Shown: one piece after another, positions 42,493 to 50,702 of the stretch
Layout: each line of letters opens with the position of its first letter
Position numbering within the stretch: the stretch's first letter is position 1
Assembly: GCA_965228735.1 (NCBI GenBank)
Contig: OZ245838.1
Span: 4,080,011-4,144,010 of the forward strand
DNA: 64,000 nt
From: Planctomycetota bacterium
GTDB taxonomy: Bacteria; Planctomycetota; UBA1135; UBA2386
Direction: 5' to 3'
Notes under the pieces: model-generated
The model's database searches: none
What the model was told of the DNA's origin: nothing
What the model saw: the letters and a program-made list of their open reading frames with translations, nothing else
Program-made: the position numbers and the translations under genes

Positions 42493-44436
42493 TCAGCTCA
42501 GCAGGTTGCGGGAACGCAGGAACGCGAGGACCTTGTCGACGTTGGCATCGACGCCCTCGTTCACGGTATCCAACACGAGGTCCGGCTGCTTGCTCGGCTC
42601 GTACGGCGCATCGACGCCCGTGACGTTGGCGATCTCCCCGGCGCGGGCGCGGGCGTAGAGGCCGTCCTCGTCGCGCTGCTCGCAGACGTCCAGCGGCGCG
42701 TTGCAGAACACCTCGACGAACGCCTCGGAGTCCACGATCTCGCGCGCCTGCTGGCGCTCGAACTCGATCGGTGACACGAGTGCCACCACCGTGCTGACGC
42801 CGAGTCCGAGGTTGAGCCGCGCGATCTCCGCCGCCCGTCGCTGATTCTCCCAGCGGTCCGCGCCGGAGAAGCCGAGGTCGCGGTTGATGCCGAGACGCAG
42901 GATCTCGCCGTCGAGCACCTGCACGTGCTTCTGCTCGTCGAACAGCTTCTGCTCGAGCGCGTAGGCGATCGACGACTTGCCCGACCGCGGCAAACCCGTG
43001 ATCCAGAGCACGAACGGCTCCTGGCCGAGGCGCTGCCGGCGCGCCTCCGGCGTGACCTGCCGTTTCTTCTGCAGCCGCACGTTGCTGCCCGCGTCGGCGC
43101 TCTTCTGCCGGCGACCCGTCGTCTCGTCGGCCGTCTTGCGCTCGACGATCATCGCCGCGCCGACCGTCGCGTTGGTCAACCGATCGATGAGGATGAACGA
43201 GCCCATGCCGCGGTTCTTGACGTAGGCGTCGGCGGCGAGCGGCCGGCTGCACTCGACGCGAATGCGGCCGACCTCGTTCATCTCGAGCTTGCTCGCTTCC
43301 TCACGGTGCAGGTCACCGACGTTGATCCGGTAGCGGATGTCCGAGACGACGGCCGGCGTTGACGACGTCGCGTGCTTGACGAGGTACTGCTTGCCCACCT
43401 GCAGCGCGGCCTCGTCGAACCAGACGATCATCGCCTCGACGGCGTTACTCAGGGACGGCGCGTTCTTCGGCGACACGATCACGTCACCGCGGCTCGCATC
43501 GATCTCGTCCTCGAGCGTGACCGTCACGGCCATCGACGCGAACGCCTCCTCGAGATCACCGTCGTAGGTGACGATCGACTTGACCTTGCTCTGCTTGCCC
43601 GACGGCACGACGGCGATCGGATCCCCGACGCGCAACACACCCGACGCGATCGTCCCGGCGAAGCCGCGGAAGTCGAGGTTCGGCCGCACGACGCGCTGCA
43701 CCGGCAGGCGCAGATCGACGAGGTTGCGATCGCTCGCGAGGTGCACCGTCTCGAGGTGATCGAGCAACGGCGAACCCTGGAACCACGGCATGCTGTCGCC
43801 GCGGTGCACCACGTTCTCGCCCTTGAGCGCCGACATCGGGATGAAGTGGATGTCGCGCACCTGCAGGCGCGCCGCGAACTCGCTGTAGTCGTCGCGGATC
43901 TCCTGGAAGCGGTCCTCGCTGTAGTCGACGAGGTCCATCTTGTTGATCGCGACGACGAAGTGCTGGATGCCCAGCAGCGCGCAGATGAACGAGTGCCGCC
44001 GCGTCTGCTCGAGCACGCCGTGGCGCGCGTCGATGAGGATCACCGCGAGGTCGCAGTTGCTCGCGCCCGTCGCCATGTTGCGCGTGTATTGCACGTGCCC
44101 CGGCGTGTCCGCGATGATGAACTTGCGCGACTCGGTCGCGAAGTAGCGATACGCCACGTCGATCGTGATGCCCTGCTCACGCTCGGCCTGCAGCCCGTCG
44201 ACGAGCAGCGCGAGGTCGACCTCTTCGCCCGTCGTGCCGAACTTGGCGGTCGCCTTCTTGGTCGCGGCCAACACGTCGTCGAAGACGAGCTGGCTGTCGA
44301 AGAGCAACCGGCCGATGAGCGTCGACTTGCCGTCGTCGACGCTGCCGCACGTCAGCAACCGCAGCATGCCGCGATCGCCGTAGCGCTCGAGGTAGCCCTC
44401 GATGCCGTGTTGATCGATCTCGCTCTGGTAGGACAT
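42493..44436 (-). CDS. cysNC: Sulfate adenylyltransferase subunit 1 fused to an APS-kinase-like domain (CysN/CysC-type)
   Basis: GTPase motifs GSVDDGKST, DTPGH, NKMD. C-terminal about 180 aa is APS-kinase-like (WITGLPRSGKSS, LDGEILRLGINRDLGFS, VSPIEFER), with several deviations from the canonical motifs. Confidence 0.93.
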   Translation of the reverse strand: MSYQSEIDQHGIEGYLERYGDRGMLRLLTCGSVDDGKSTLIGRLLFDSQLVFDDVLAATKKATAKFGTTGEEVDLALLVDGLQAEREQGITIDVAYRYFATESRKFIIADTPGHVQYTRNMATGASNCDLAVILIDARHGVLEQTRRHSFICALLGIQHFVVAINKMDLVDYSEDRFQEIRDDYSEFAARLQVRDIHFIPMSALKGENVVHRGDSMPWFQGSPLLDHLETVHLASDRNLVDLRLPVQRVVRPNLDFRGFAGTIASGVLRVGDPIAVVPSGKQSKVKSIVTYDGDLEEAFASMAVTVTLEDEIDASRGDVIVSPKNAPSLSNAVEAMIVWFDEAALQVGKQYLVKHATSSTPAVVSDIRYRINVGDLHREEASKLEMNEVGRIRVECSRPLAADAYVKNRGMGSFILIDRLTNATVGAAMIVERKTADETTGRRQKSADAGSNVRLQKKRQVTPEARRQRLGQEPFVLWITGLPRSGKSSIAYALEQKLFDEQKHVQVLDGEILRLGINRDLGFSGADRWENQRRAAEIARLNLGLGVSTVVALVSPIEFERQQAREIVDSEAFVEVFCNAPLDVCEQRDEDGLYARARAGEIANVTGVDAPYEPSKQPDLVLDTVNEGVDANVDKVLAFLRSRNLLS

Positions 44437-45344
44437 CAGAAGTAGCCCTCCCGCTTCTTCTCTTCCATCGAGCCGGCTTCGTCGTAGTCGATGACGCGCC
44501 CCTGGCGCTCGCTGTCCTTGCTGCGCAGCATCTCCTCGATGATCTTCGGCAGCGTGTCGGCGTCCGACTCGATCGCGCCCGTGAGCGGGTAGCAGCCGAG
44601 CGTGCGGAACCGGACCATCTTCATCTCCGGCTCCTCACCGTCCTCGAGCGGCAGGCGCTCGTCGTCGACCATGATCCACGTGCCGTTGCGCTGCACGACC
44701 GGCCGCTCCTTGGCGAAGTAGAGCGGCACCATCGGCAGGTTCTCCTGGTAGATGTAGAGCCAGACGTCGAGTTCGGTCCAGTTGCTGAGCGGGAAGACGC
44801 GGATCGACTCGCCCTTGTTCACGCGGCAGTTGAACACGTTCCAGAGCTCGGGGCGCTGGTTCTTCGGGTCCCACTGGTGGAACTTGTCGCGGAAGCTGAA
44901 GATCCGCTCCTTCGCGCGACTCTTCTCCTCGTCGCGCCTGGCACCGCCGAACGCCGCGTCGTACTCGCCGGCATTGAGCGCCTGCTTGAGCGCCTCGGTC
45001 TTCATCACGTGCGTGTGCCGCTGGGTGCCATGCGTGAACGGGCCGATGCCCTGCTCGACGCCTTCCTGATTGATCCACTCGACGAAGTCGAGATCGAGGT
45101 CCTGCACGAGCTTGTCGCGGAACTCGATCATCTCGCGGAACTTCCACGTCGTGTTGACGTGCAGCACCTTGAACGGGATGCGATCCGGCGCGAACGCCTT
45201 CTCGGCGAGGCGCAGCATCACGCCCGAGTCCTTCCCGATGGAGTAGAGCATCACCGGGTTGTCGAACTCGGCCGCGACCTCCCGCATGATGTGGATGCTC
45301 TCCTGCTCCAGTTGGCGCAGGTGGCTGAGGGCATACTTCGTCAT
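44436..45344 (-). CDS. cysD: Sulfate adenylyltransferase subunit 2
   Basis: Internal ATG (45342-45344) of track ORF 44436..45440. [22 protein letters not shown] and the C-terminal EKKREGYF are typical of CysD. Its stop shares one base with the cysNC ATG (TGATG). Confidence 0.95.
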   Translation of the reverse strand: MTKYALSHLRQLEQESIHIMREVAAEFDNPVMLYSIGKDSGVMLRLAEKAFAPDRIPFKVLHVNTTWKFREMIEFRDKLVQDLDLDFVEWINQEGVEQGIGPFTHGTQRHTHVMKTEALKQALNAGEYDAAFGGARRDEEKSRAKERIFSFRDKFHQWDPKNQRPELWNVFNCRVNKGESIRVFPLSNWTELDVWLYIYQENLPMVPLYFAKERPVVQRNGTWIMVDDERLPLEDGEEPEMKMVRFRTLGCYPLTGAIESDADTLPKIIEEMLRSKDSERQGRVIDYDEAGSMEEKKREGYF

Positions 45345-45357
45345 AGTTCGGTCGTCG

Positions 45358-45972
45358 TCACTCCGTTGGCGCCCGCAGCAACCCGCGCTGCTCGAGCAGT
45401 TGTTCGACTGCGCTCGCCGATTCCGCGAGCTCCTGCACACCCGTGTCGATGCGCAGCTCGGGGTTCTCCGGCGCTTCGTAGGGCGAGCTGATGCCGGTGA
45501 ATTCCGGGATCTCGCCGGCCCGCGCCTTCTGGTAGAGCCCCTTGGGGTCGCGCGATTCGCAGACCGCGAGGTCGGCGTCGACGTGCACCTCGACGAAGTC
45601 GTCGCCGACGAGCTCGCGCACCTGCGCCCGGTCGCTGCGGAACGGCGAGATGAACGCGGTCAGCACGATCGCGCCGGCATCGGCGAACAGCGCCGCGACA
45701 TGGCCGATGCGCCGGATGTTCTCGACCCGCCCGGCATCGGAGAAGTCGAGGTCGGCGCAGAGGCCGTGCCGGATGTTGTCACCGTCGAGCACGTAGACGA
45801 GCCGGCCCGCTGCATGGAGCCGTTCTTCGAGCGCCCGCGCGACCGTCGACTTGCCCGAGCCGGACAGGCCCGTGAACCACACCACCGCGCCGCGCTGCCC
45901 GAGCAGTCGCTCCCGATCGGCGCGGGACACGACGCCATCGTGGCGTTTGATATGGCGAGGAGGAGTCGGCAT
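45358..45972 (-). CDS. cysC: Adenylylsulfate (APS) kinase, stand-alone
   Basis: Canonical motifs [56 protein letters not shown]. Confidence 0.95.
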   Translation of the reverse strand: MPTPPRHIKRHDGVVSRADRERLLGQRGAVVWFTGLSGSGKSTVARALEERLHAAGRLVYVLDGDNIRHGLCADLDFSDAGRVENIRRIGHVAALFADAGAIVLTAFISPFRSDRAQVRELVGDDFVEVHVDADLAVCESRDPKGLYQKARAGEIPEFTGISSPYEAPENPELRIDTGVQELAESASAVEQLLEQRGLLRAPTE

Positions 45973-46229
45973 CGGCGGTCTGGCCCCGAGTTTCGGGGCG
46001 AAGCAGGGTCCGCAGTGCCCGCGGACTTGTCAATCCTCTTTACCATCGGCGCGGGCCCGGTGGACCTCGCGCCCGGTAGTACCGCGCTCATGGCATGGGC
46101 GGATCGCCGTCACGCCGCCGCGCCGCGCGACATCTTCATGCCGCCTTCGCACGAACCGGGCCGGCGGCACCGGATCGCACTCCCCTTACGATCGGAAAGC
46201 CGAGCCGCCGCCGACTCGATCCGTGCGCA

Positions 46230-48275
46230 TCAGTCGACCCGAATCGGCGTGAACAGCGTCTCCGCGTTGCCCGCGCCGTAGCCCCAGGCCGTGACCGCCG
46301 TCCAGTCCGCGGGCAGCGGCACGGTGAGCGTCTTGCCCGCAGCCGTCGCGCGCGCCTCGTGCTTCTCGAAGTCGACCTCGAACACGACCTCGATCGGGGA
46401 CCGACCGTCCCATTCGATCGGCAGGGTCTTCTTCTGCCGGAAGTTCTTCGGCCCGATGATGGTCAGCTCCCGGGAGCCGAACTGGATGCCGCCGCGCACG
46501 AGGTCGCGGCGCGGGTGGCCGCCGCTCAGCACGATGTAGCCGTTCTGCCGCAGGCGTCCGGGCAGCGGCGTCATCGTCGACCGGAAGCGCGTGCCCTTGG
46601 GGTCGTCCGTGCGGAGCAGGTAGCCGCCCGCGGTGTTGGCCCACAGCCCGATGCCCGCCTCACCGGCCATCGAACGCGCGACGCCCGCGGTGACATCGAA
46701 GCCCGGCAACAGCGAACCGGTGTCGTCGCCGTACTGCTCGCGCAGCTCCTGCAGCCGCCGCTTCAGCGCCTCGAACACCGCGGCGTAGGCCGGATCCTCG
46801 TGCACGCTGCGCAGCTCGTCCGGGTCCTTCTCGAGGTCGAACAGCTCCCAGTCGTTCCACTGCGGTTCGTAGTAGCGCACGAGCTTGTAGCGATCGGTGC
46901 GCACCCCGTAGTGCGCCGGGACCATGTGGACCGCGTGCGACTCGTAGTAGTGGTAGTAGAGCGCGTCGCGCCAGTCGTCGGGCTCCTCGCCGTCGAGCAG
47001 CGGCACGAGCGAGGTGCCGTGCATGTCATCGGGCGTCGCGATGCCGGCGAGATCGAGGAACGTCGGCGCGTAGTCGATGTTCTGCGTCAGCGACTCGACC
47101 TCGACACCTTCGGGCAGCTTGCCTGGCCACGACATCACGAGCGGCATGCGGAAGCTCTCCTCGTACATCCAGCGCTTGTCGTACCAGCCGTGGTCGCCGA
47201 GGTAGAAGCCCTGGTCCGAGCTGTAGACGACGATCGTGTTGGCCTTCACCTTCGGATGCGCATCGAGCCACGCGAGCAGCCGCCCGACGCTGCGGTCGAC
47301 GCCGTTGACGCACCGCAGGTAGTTCTTGATGTAGCGCTGGTAGTACCACCGCAGCCGCTCCTTGCCCGTCGGCGGATCGGCCTGGAACGCGTCGTTCTCG
47401 GCCATGAACGCCGCGTCCCACGTCTTCTTCTGCGCGGGCGTGAGGCGCTTCATCATGTTGTCGAAGGCCCGATCAGGCCCCTGCAGACCGGCCGCACGCT
47501 GCGCGTCGGTCGGCGGCACCATGAGGTCGTAGTGCAGGTACATGTGCTCGACGAGCGTCATCTCCTGGTGCTTCGCGCCCTCGGTGCGACCCGCGTAGTC
47601 GTCGAACAGCGTCGCCGGCTCCGGCAGCGTCTCGCCCTGATAGAGCGGCAGGTCCTCAGGTGCAGGCATCCAACTGCGATGCGGCGCCTTGTGCTGGCAC
47701 ATCAACAGGAACGGCTTGTCCGGGTCGCGCCCGTCGAGCCACTCGATCGCGAGATCGGTCGTGATGTTGGTCGCGTGACCTTCGATGCGAACGCGGCCTT
47801 CGGGCGTCTTGAAGTCCGGGTTGTAGTACTGCCCCTGCCCCGGCAGCACGATCCAGTGATCGAACCCCTGCGGGTCCGACGTCAGGTGCCACTTGCCGAT
47901 CATCGCCGTCTGGTAGCCCGCCCTCTGCAGCATCTTCGGCATCGTCGGCTGGTTGCCGTCGAACGTGTTGCCGTTGCGCATGAAGCCATTCTCGTGGCAG
48001 TGCTTGCCCGTGAGGATCGTCGCGCGCGACGGACCGCAGATGGAGTTGCCGCAGAAGTTGTTGCGGAACAGGAGGCCCGCGTTCGCGATGCGGTCGATGT
48101 TCGGCGTCTCGTTGATCCCCGAGCCGTAGGCGCTGATCGCGTGCGCGGCGTGGTCATCGCTGAAGATGAACACGATGTTGGGGCGGGTGCCGGAGAGCGG
48201 CCGCTGTGCGATCGCACAACCGGCCGTGACCGGAACGGCGATCGCCGCGGCGAGGACGAGCTGGAGGCGGGTCAT
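46230..48275 (-). CDS. Formylglycine-dependent sulfatase with about 190-aa C-terminal extension
   Basis: Internal ATG (48273-48275) of track ORF 46230..48524. Signal/lipobox-like MTRLQLVLAAAIAVPVTAGC. PNIVFIFSDDH, the C-x-P-x-R motif CGPSRATILTGK, and GKWHL. A C-terminal beta-rich domain follows the sulfatase fold. Confidence 0.92.
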   Translation of the reverse strand: MTRLQLVLAAAIAVPVTAGCAIAQRPLSGTRPNIVFIFSDDHAAHAISAYGSGINETPNIDRIANAGLLFRNNFCGNSICGPSRATILTGKHCHENGFMRNGNTFDGNQPTMPKMLQRAGYQTAMIGKWHLTSDPQGFDHWIVLPGQGQYYNPDFKTPEGRVRIEGHATNITTDLAIEWLDGRDPDKPFLLMCQHKAPHRSWMPAPEDLPLYQGETLPEPATLFDDYAGRTEGAKHQEMTLVEHMYLHYDLMVPPTDAQRAAGLQGPDRAFDNMMKRLTPAQKKTWDAAFMAENDAFQADPPTGKERLRWYYQRYIKNYLRCVNGVDRSVGRLLAWLDAHPKVKANTIVVYSSDQGFYLGDHGWYDKRWMYEESFRMPLVMSWPGKLPEGVEVESLTQNIDYAPTFLDLAGIATPDDMHGTSLVPLLDGEEPDDWRDALYYHYYESHAVHMVPAHYGVRTDRYKLVRYYEPQWNDWELFDLEKDPDELRSVHEDPAYAAVFEALKRRLQELREQYGDDTGSLLPGFDVTAGVARSMAGEAGIGLWANTAGGYLLRTDDPKGTRFRSTMTPLPGRLRQNGYIVLSGGHPRRDLVRGGIQFGSRELTIIGPKNFRQKKTLPIEWDGRSPIEVVFEVDFEKHEARATAAGKTLTVPLPADWTAVTAWGYGAGNAETLFTPIRVD

Positions 48276-48373
48276 GGGCGCGCGACTGTAAGGGCTGGCG
48301 GCCGGATTTCCGGCTCTGGGTGTGTCCGGTCCGGAACGGCCCTGTCGATCCACCAGGAACCGCAATCCGTCTT

Positions 48374-48405
48374 CAGAGCCCGAACGCCCCAGAGCCCGAA
48401 CGCCA
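48374..48405. repeat. 16-bp x 2 tandem duplication ending at the start codon of secreted paralog A
   Basis: cagagcccgaacgccc (48374-48389) and cagagcccgaacgcca (48390-48405), 15/16 identical, immediately followed by ATG 48406. Confidence 0.95.
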
Positions 48406-50670
48406 ATGTCTCGCTCAACCCGACTGTTCTCCCTGGCGCTGCTCGGCGCCTTCGCGATCGACCTGCTGCCGGCCCAGGTGCCGGTCCACACCGCCGCCGA
48501 CGACGACGGCAGGGCGTACGGCACGTGGGCCGCGGGCGACGACTACAAGGTCGCGTTCGACGGCGGCATGACGTTCGTCCCGTATCTCGGCAAGGACTAC
48601 CCGGAGAACCGCCCGTTCTCCTGGCGCACCGCATCGTTCCGAATCGGCGAGACCGAGCTGCTCGGTGAGGGTGAACAGCCCGAGTCCGCGGCGGCGGCGA
48701 ATGGCTGGCGCTACGAGTACCGCTTCGCGGCGTTCACCGAGGCCTACGACGTGCGTCCGGACGGCGTCGAACAGACCTTCGTGATCCCACAGCGCCTCGC
48801 GACGGGCTCCCTCGGCACGCTGGAGATCCGCGGCGCGATCGCCACCGATCTCACTGCCGCACCGCGCGGCCACGAGCACGCACCGCTCGTGTTCGGCGAC
48901 GCGCAGGGCAACACGGTGTTGCGCTACGGCGCCGCAGTCGCGATCGATGCTGCCGGCGAGCAGTGCGCGATGACGACCGCGTTCGATGACGGCGCGGTCA
49001 CGTTGCGACTCGACGGTGAGTGGCTGGCGAGCGCGACGTTCCCGGTCGTCGTCGACCCGCTGCTCGGCGTGTTCTTCGCGAGCGGGGGCAATCTCACGAC
49101 CGAGGTCGACGTGCTCCACGACCCGCTCGGCAGCGGTGGCCACATCTGGCAGACGACAACGCGCTGGGCCAGCGCCAACGACTCCGACGTGTTCCTCCGT
49201 CGCATCGAGAGCAACGGCTCGTCGACGCCGGTCTACGCGGACACGAGTTCACTGTGGTCGTCGATGCACCCGAGCCTCGGGCGCCATCGCTACGGCGCCT
49301 GCACGCTGCTCGCGTTCGTGCGGCACTTCCACAACTCGGACACCCGCAAGCTGCGGTGGCACAAGCACGGCCGCGCCGACTTCACGCTGTCGACGAGCTT
49401 CGGCTCGGTCGACACCGGGCTCTTCCAGGCGCAGCGCCCGCGCGTGGCGTCCGACCTGAGCGTGATCACGGGCCAGTATCTGCTCGTCGTCTACCAACAG
49501 GAGAACGGCCACACGTTCTACGAGAACAACGGCAGCGAGATCTGGGGTGCGGTGATCAGTCTCTACGGCGCCGGTTCGGCCGCCCTGCCGTTCGCCATTC
49601 ACGACCAGACGTTCGAGGACGCCGAACGCCCGGACGTGTCGACGATCGAACTCGGCGGCAATCACACGTGGACGGTCGCCTACCAGGTGATCGGCAACAG
49701 CCCGATGTGGAGTCCGCATACGAGTTGGGACATCGAGATGCGCCGCGTCGATCGCCACGGCAACGTCTCGGCGGAGACCGTGATCGCCTCCAGCTCTGAC
49801 CGCCACGACATGGGACCGAAGCTGGCCGGGCTGAACGACACGTTGTTCCTCGGCTACACCAACGGCTACTCGTCCGAGCTCGGCAGCCGGCCGACGGAAG
49901 CACGCGGCACGGCGATCGTGACCGAGCGGCGCGAGTGGAACGGCGCGAGCTTCGACCTGCCCTACTCGAGCTACTACACGGCCTCGACCAACAATCTCGG
50001 CGAGTGGCGCGAGCTCTGTGACATGGAGCTGGATCTCACCACCCGCAGTCACTGCGCCAGACTCATTCGCTACGACAACGCCAGCGTCCTCTTCACGGTC
50101 ACCGGCTACCAGGGGCGCCGCGTGCACGGCGAGCTCGCCTACGCCGGCGGCTGGGCCAGCGACGCGCTCGACGCCGCTGCGGCGTTCGACGAGAACGACG
50201 GCACGTTCGTGCTCGGCACCGCCTACGACTCCGCGCAGAACGCGACGAGCGGCGTCGTCCTCGACCGCTACGCCCACCCGACGGCCGCGCCGATCCAGTC
50301 GACCGGCCTCGGCTGCGGCAGCGGCACGCTGTCGTGGGTCGGCAGCCAGCTCATCGGCGACGAGGACTGCGAGGTGCGCATCGACAACATCGCGCCGACC
50401 GCGCTCGCGGCGATCGTCGTCGGGCTGCAGCCGTACTCGCAGTTGCTGCCGCCGATGCCGCCCGTCGTGCCGGGCTGCTGGCAGCTCGTGCCGACCGCCG
50501 GTCCCGGCAGCCTCGCGACGCTGCCGATCGTCATCGGGTCGAACGGCTACGACATCGACCTGCCCGAAGCGTTGATTCCGTTCACGCTCTACTTCCAGGG
50601 CGTGCACTTCGACGCGAGCAACGCCTCGGTCTACACGACCGAGCGCCTCGAAGTGCCGCTCGTCAAGTAG
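48406..50670 (+). CDS. Large secreted protein of unknown function, paralog A
   Basis: ATG at 48406 gives signal peptide MSRSTRLFSLALLGAFAIDLLPAQ. 754 aa. Clearly paralogous to 50703..53045 (e.g. GMTFVPYLGKDYPENRPFSWRTAS / GMTFVPMLGRGYPRNLPVSWRTAS; YRFAAFTEAYDV identical in both; C-terminal LYFQ...RLEVPLVK / RLEVPVIK). Confidence 0.8.
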   Translation: MSRSTRLFSLALLGAFAIDLLPAQVPVHTAADDDGRAYGTWAAGDDYKVAFDGGMTFVPYLGKDYPENRPFSWRTASFRIGETELLGEGEQPESAAAANGWRYEYRFAAFTEAYDVRPDGVEQTFVIPQRLATGSLGTLEIRGAIATDLTAAPRGHEHAPLVFGDAQGNTVLRYGAAVAIDAAGEQCAMTTAFDDGAVTLRLDGEWLASATFPVVVDPLLGVFFASGGNLTTEVDVLHDPLGSGGHIWQTTTRWASANDSDVFLRRIESNGSSTPVYADTSSLWSSMHPSLGRHRYGACTLLAFVRHFHNSDTRKLRWHKHGRADFTLSTSFGSVDTGLFQAQRPRVASDLSVITGQYLLVVYQQENGHTFYENNGSEIWGAVISLYGAGSAALPFAIHDQTFEDAERPDVSTIELGGNHTWTVAYQVIGNSPMWSPHTSWDIEMRRVDRHGNVSAETVIASSSDRHDMGPKLAGLNDTLFLGYTNGYSSELGSRPTEARGTAIVTERREWNGASFDLPYSSYYTASTNNLGEWRELCDMELDLTTRSHCARLIRYDNASVLFTVTGYQGRRVHGELAYAGGWASDALDAAAAFDENDGTFVLGTAYDSAQNATSGVVLDRYAHPTAAPIQSTGLGCGSGTLSWVGSQLIGDEDCEVRIDNIAPTALAAIVVGLQPYSQLLPPMPPVVPGCWQLVPTAGPGSLATLPIVIGSNGYDIDLPEALIPFTLYFQGVHFDASNASVYTTERLEVPLVK

Positions 50671-50688
50671 GCGGCGCGAGGTGCCGCC
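50670..50688. terminator. Short GC hairpin between the convergent paralogs (weak terminator candidate)
   Basis: ggcggc-gcgaggt-gccgcc, a 6-bp stem with a 7-nt loop. Lies in the 32-bp gap between the stops at 50670 and 50703. Confidence 0.3.
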
Positions 50689-50702
50689 CGCCGAACGAAC
50701 GG

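Noticed and set aside
45983-45999. Hairpin gccccga-gtt-tcggggc just upstream of the cysC ATG, as a terminator or attenuator
   Set aside because: The stem is 7 bp with a 3-nt loop and no U-tract. It lies 230 nt downstream of the sulfatase stop and 10 nt from the cysC start. It may affect translation, but the evidence is too thin for a feature call.
46095-48668. 857-aa plus-strand ORF antisense to the sulfatase gene
   Set aside because: The minus-strand sulfatase carries the CGPSR FGly motif and the full sulfatase pattern. The plus-strand frame is Arg-rich shadow sequence.
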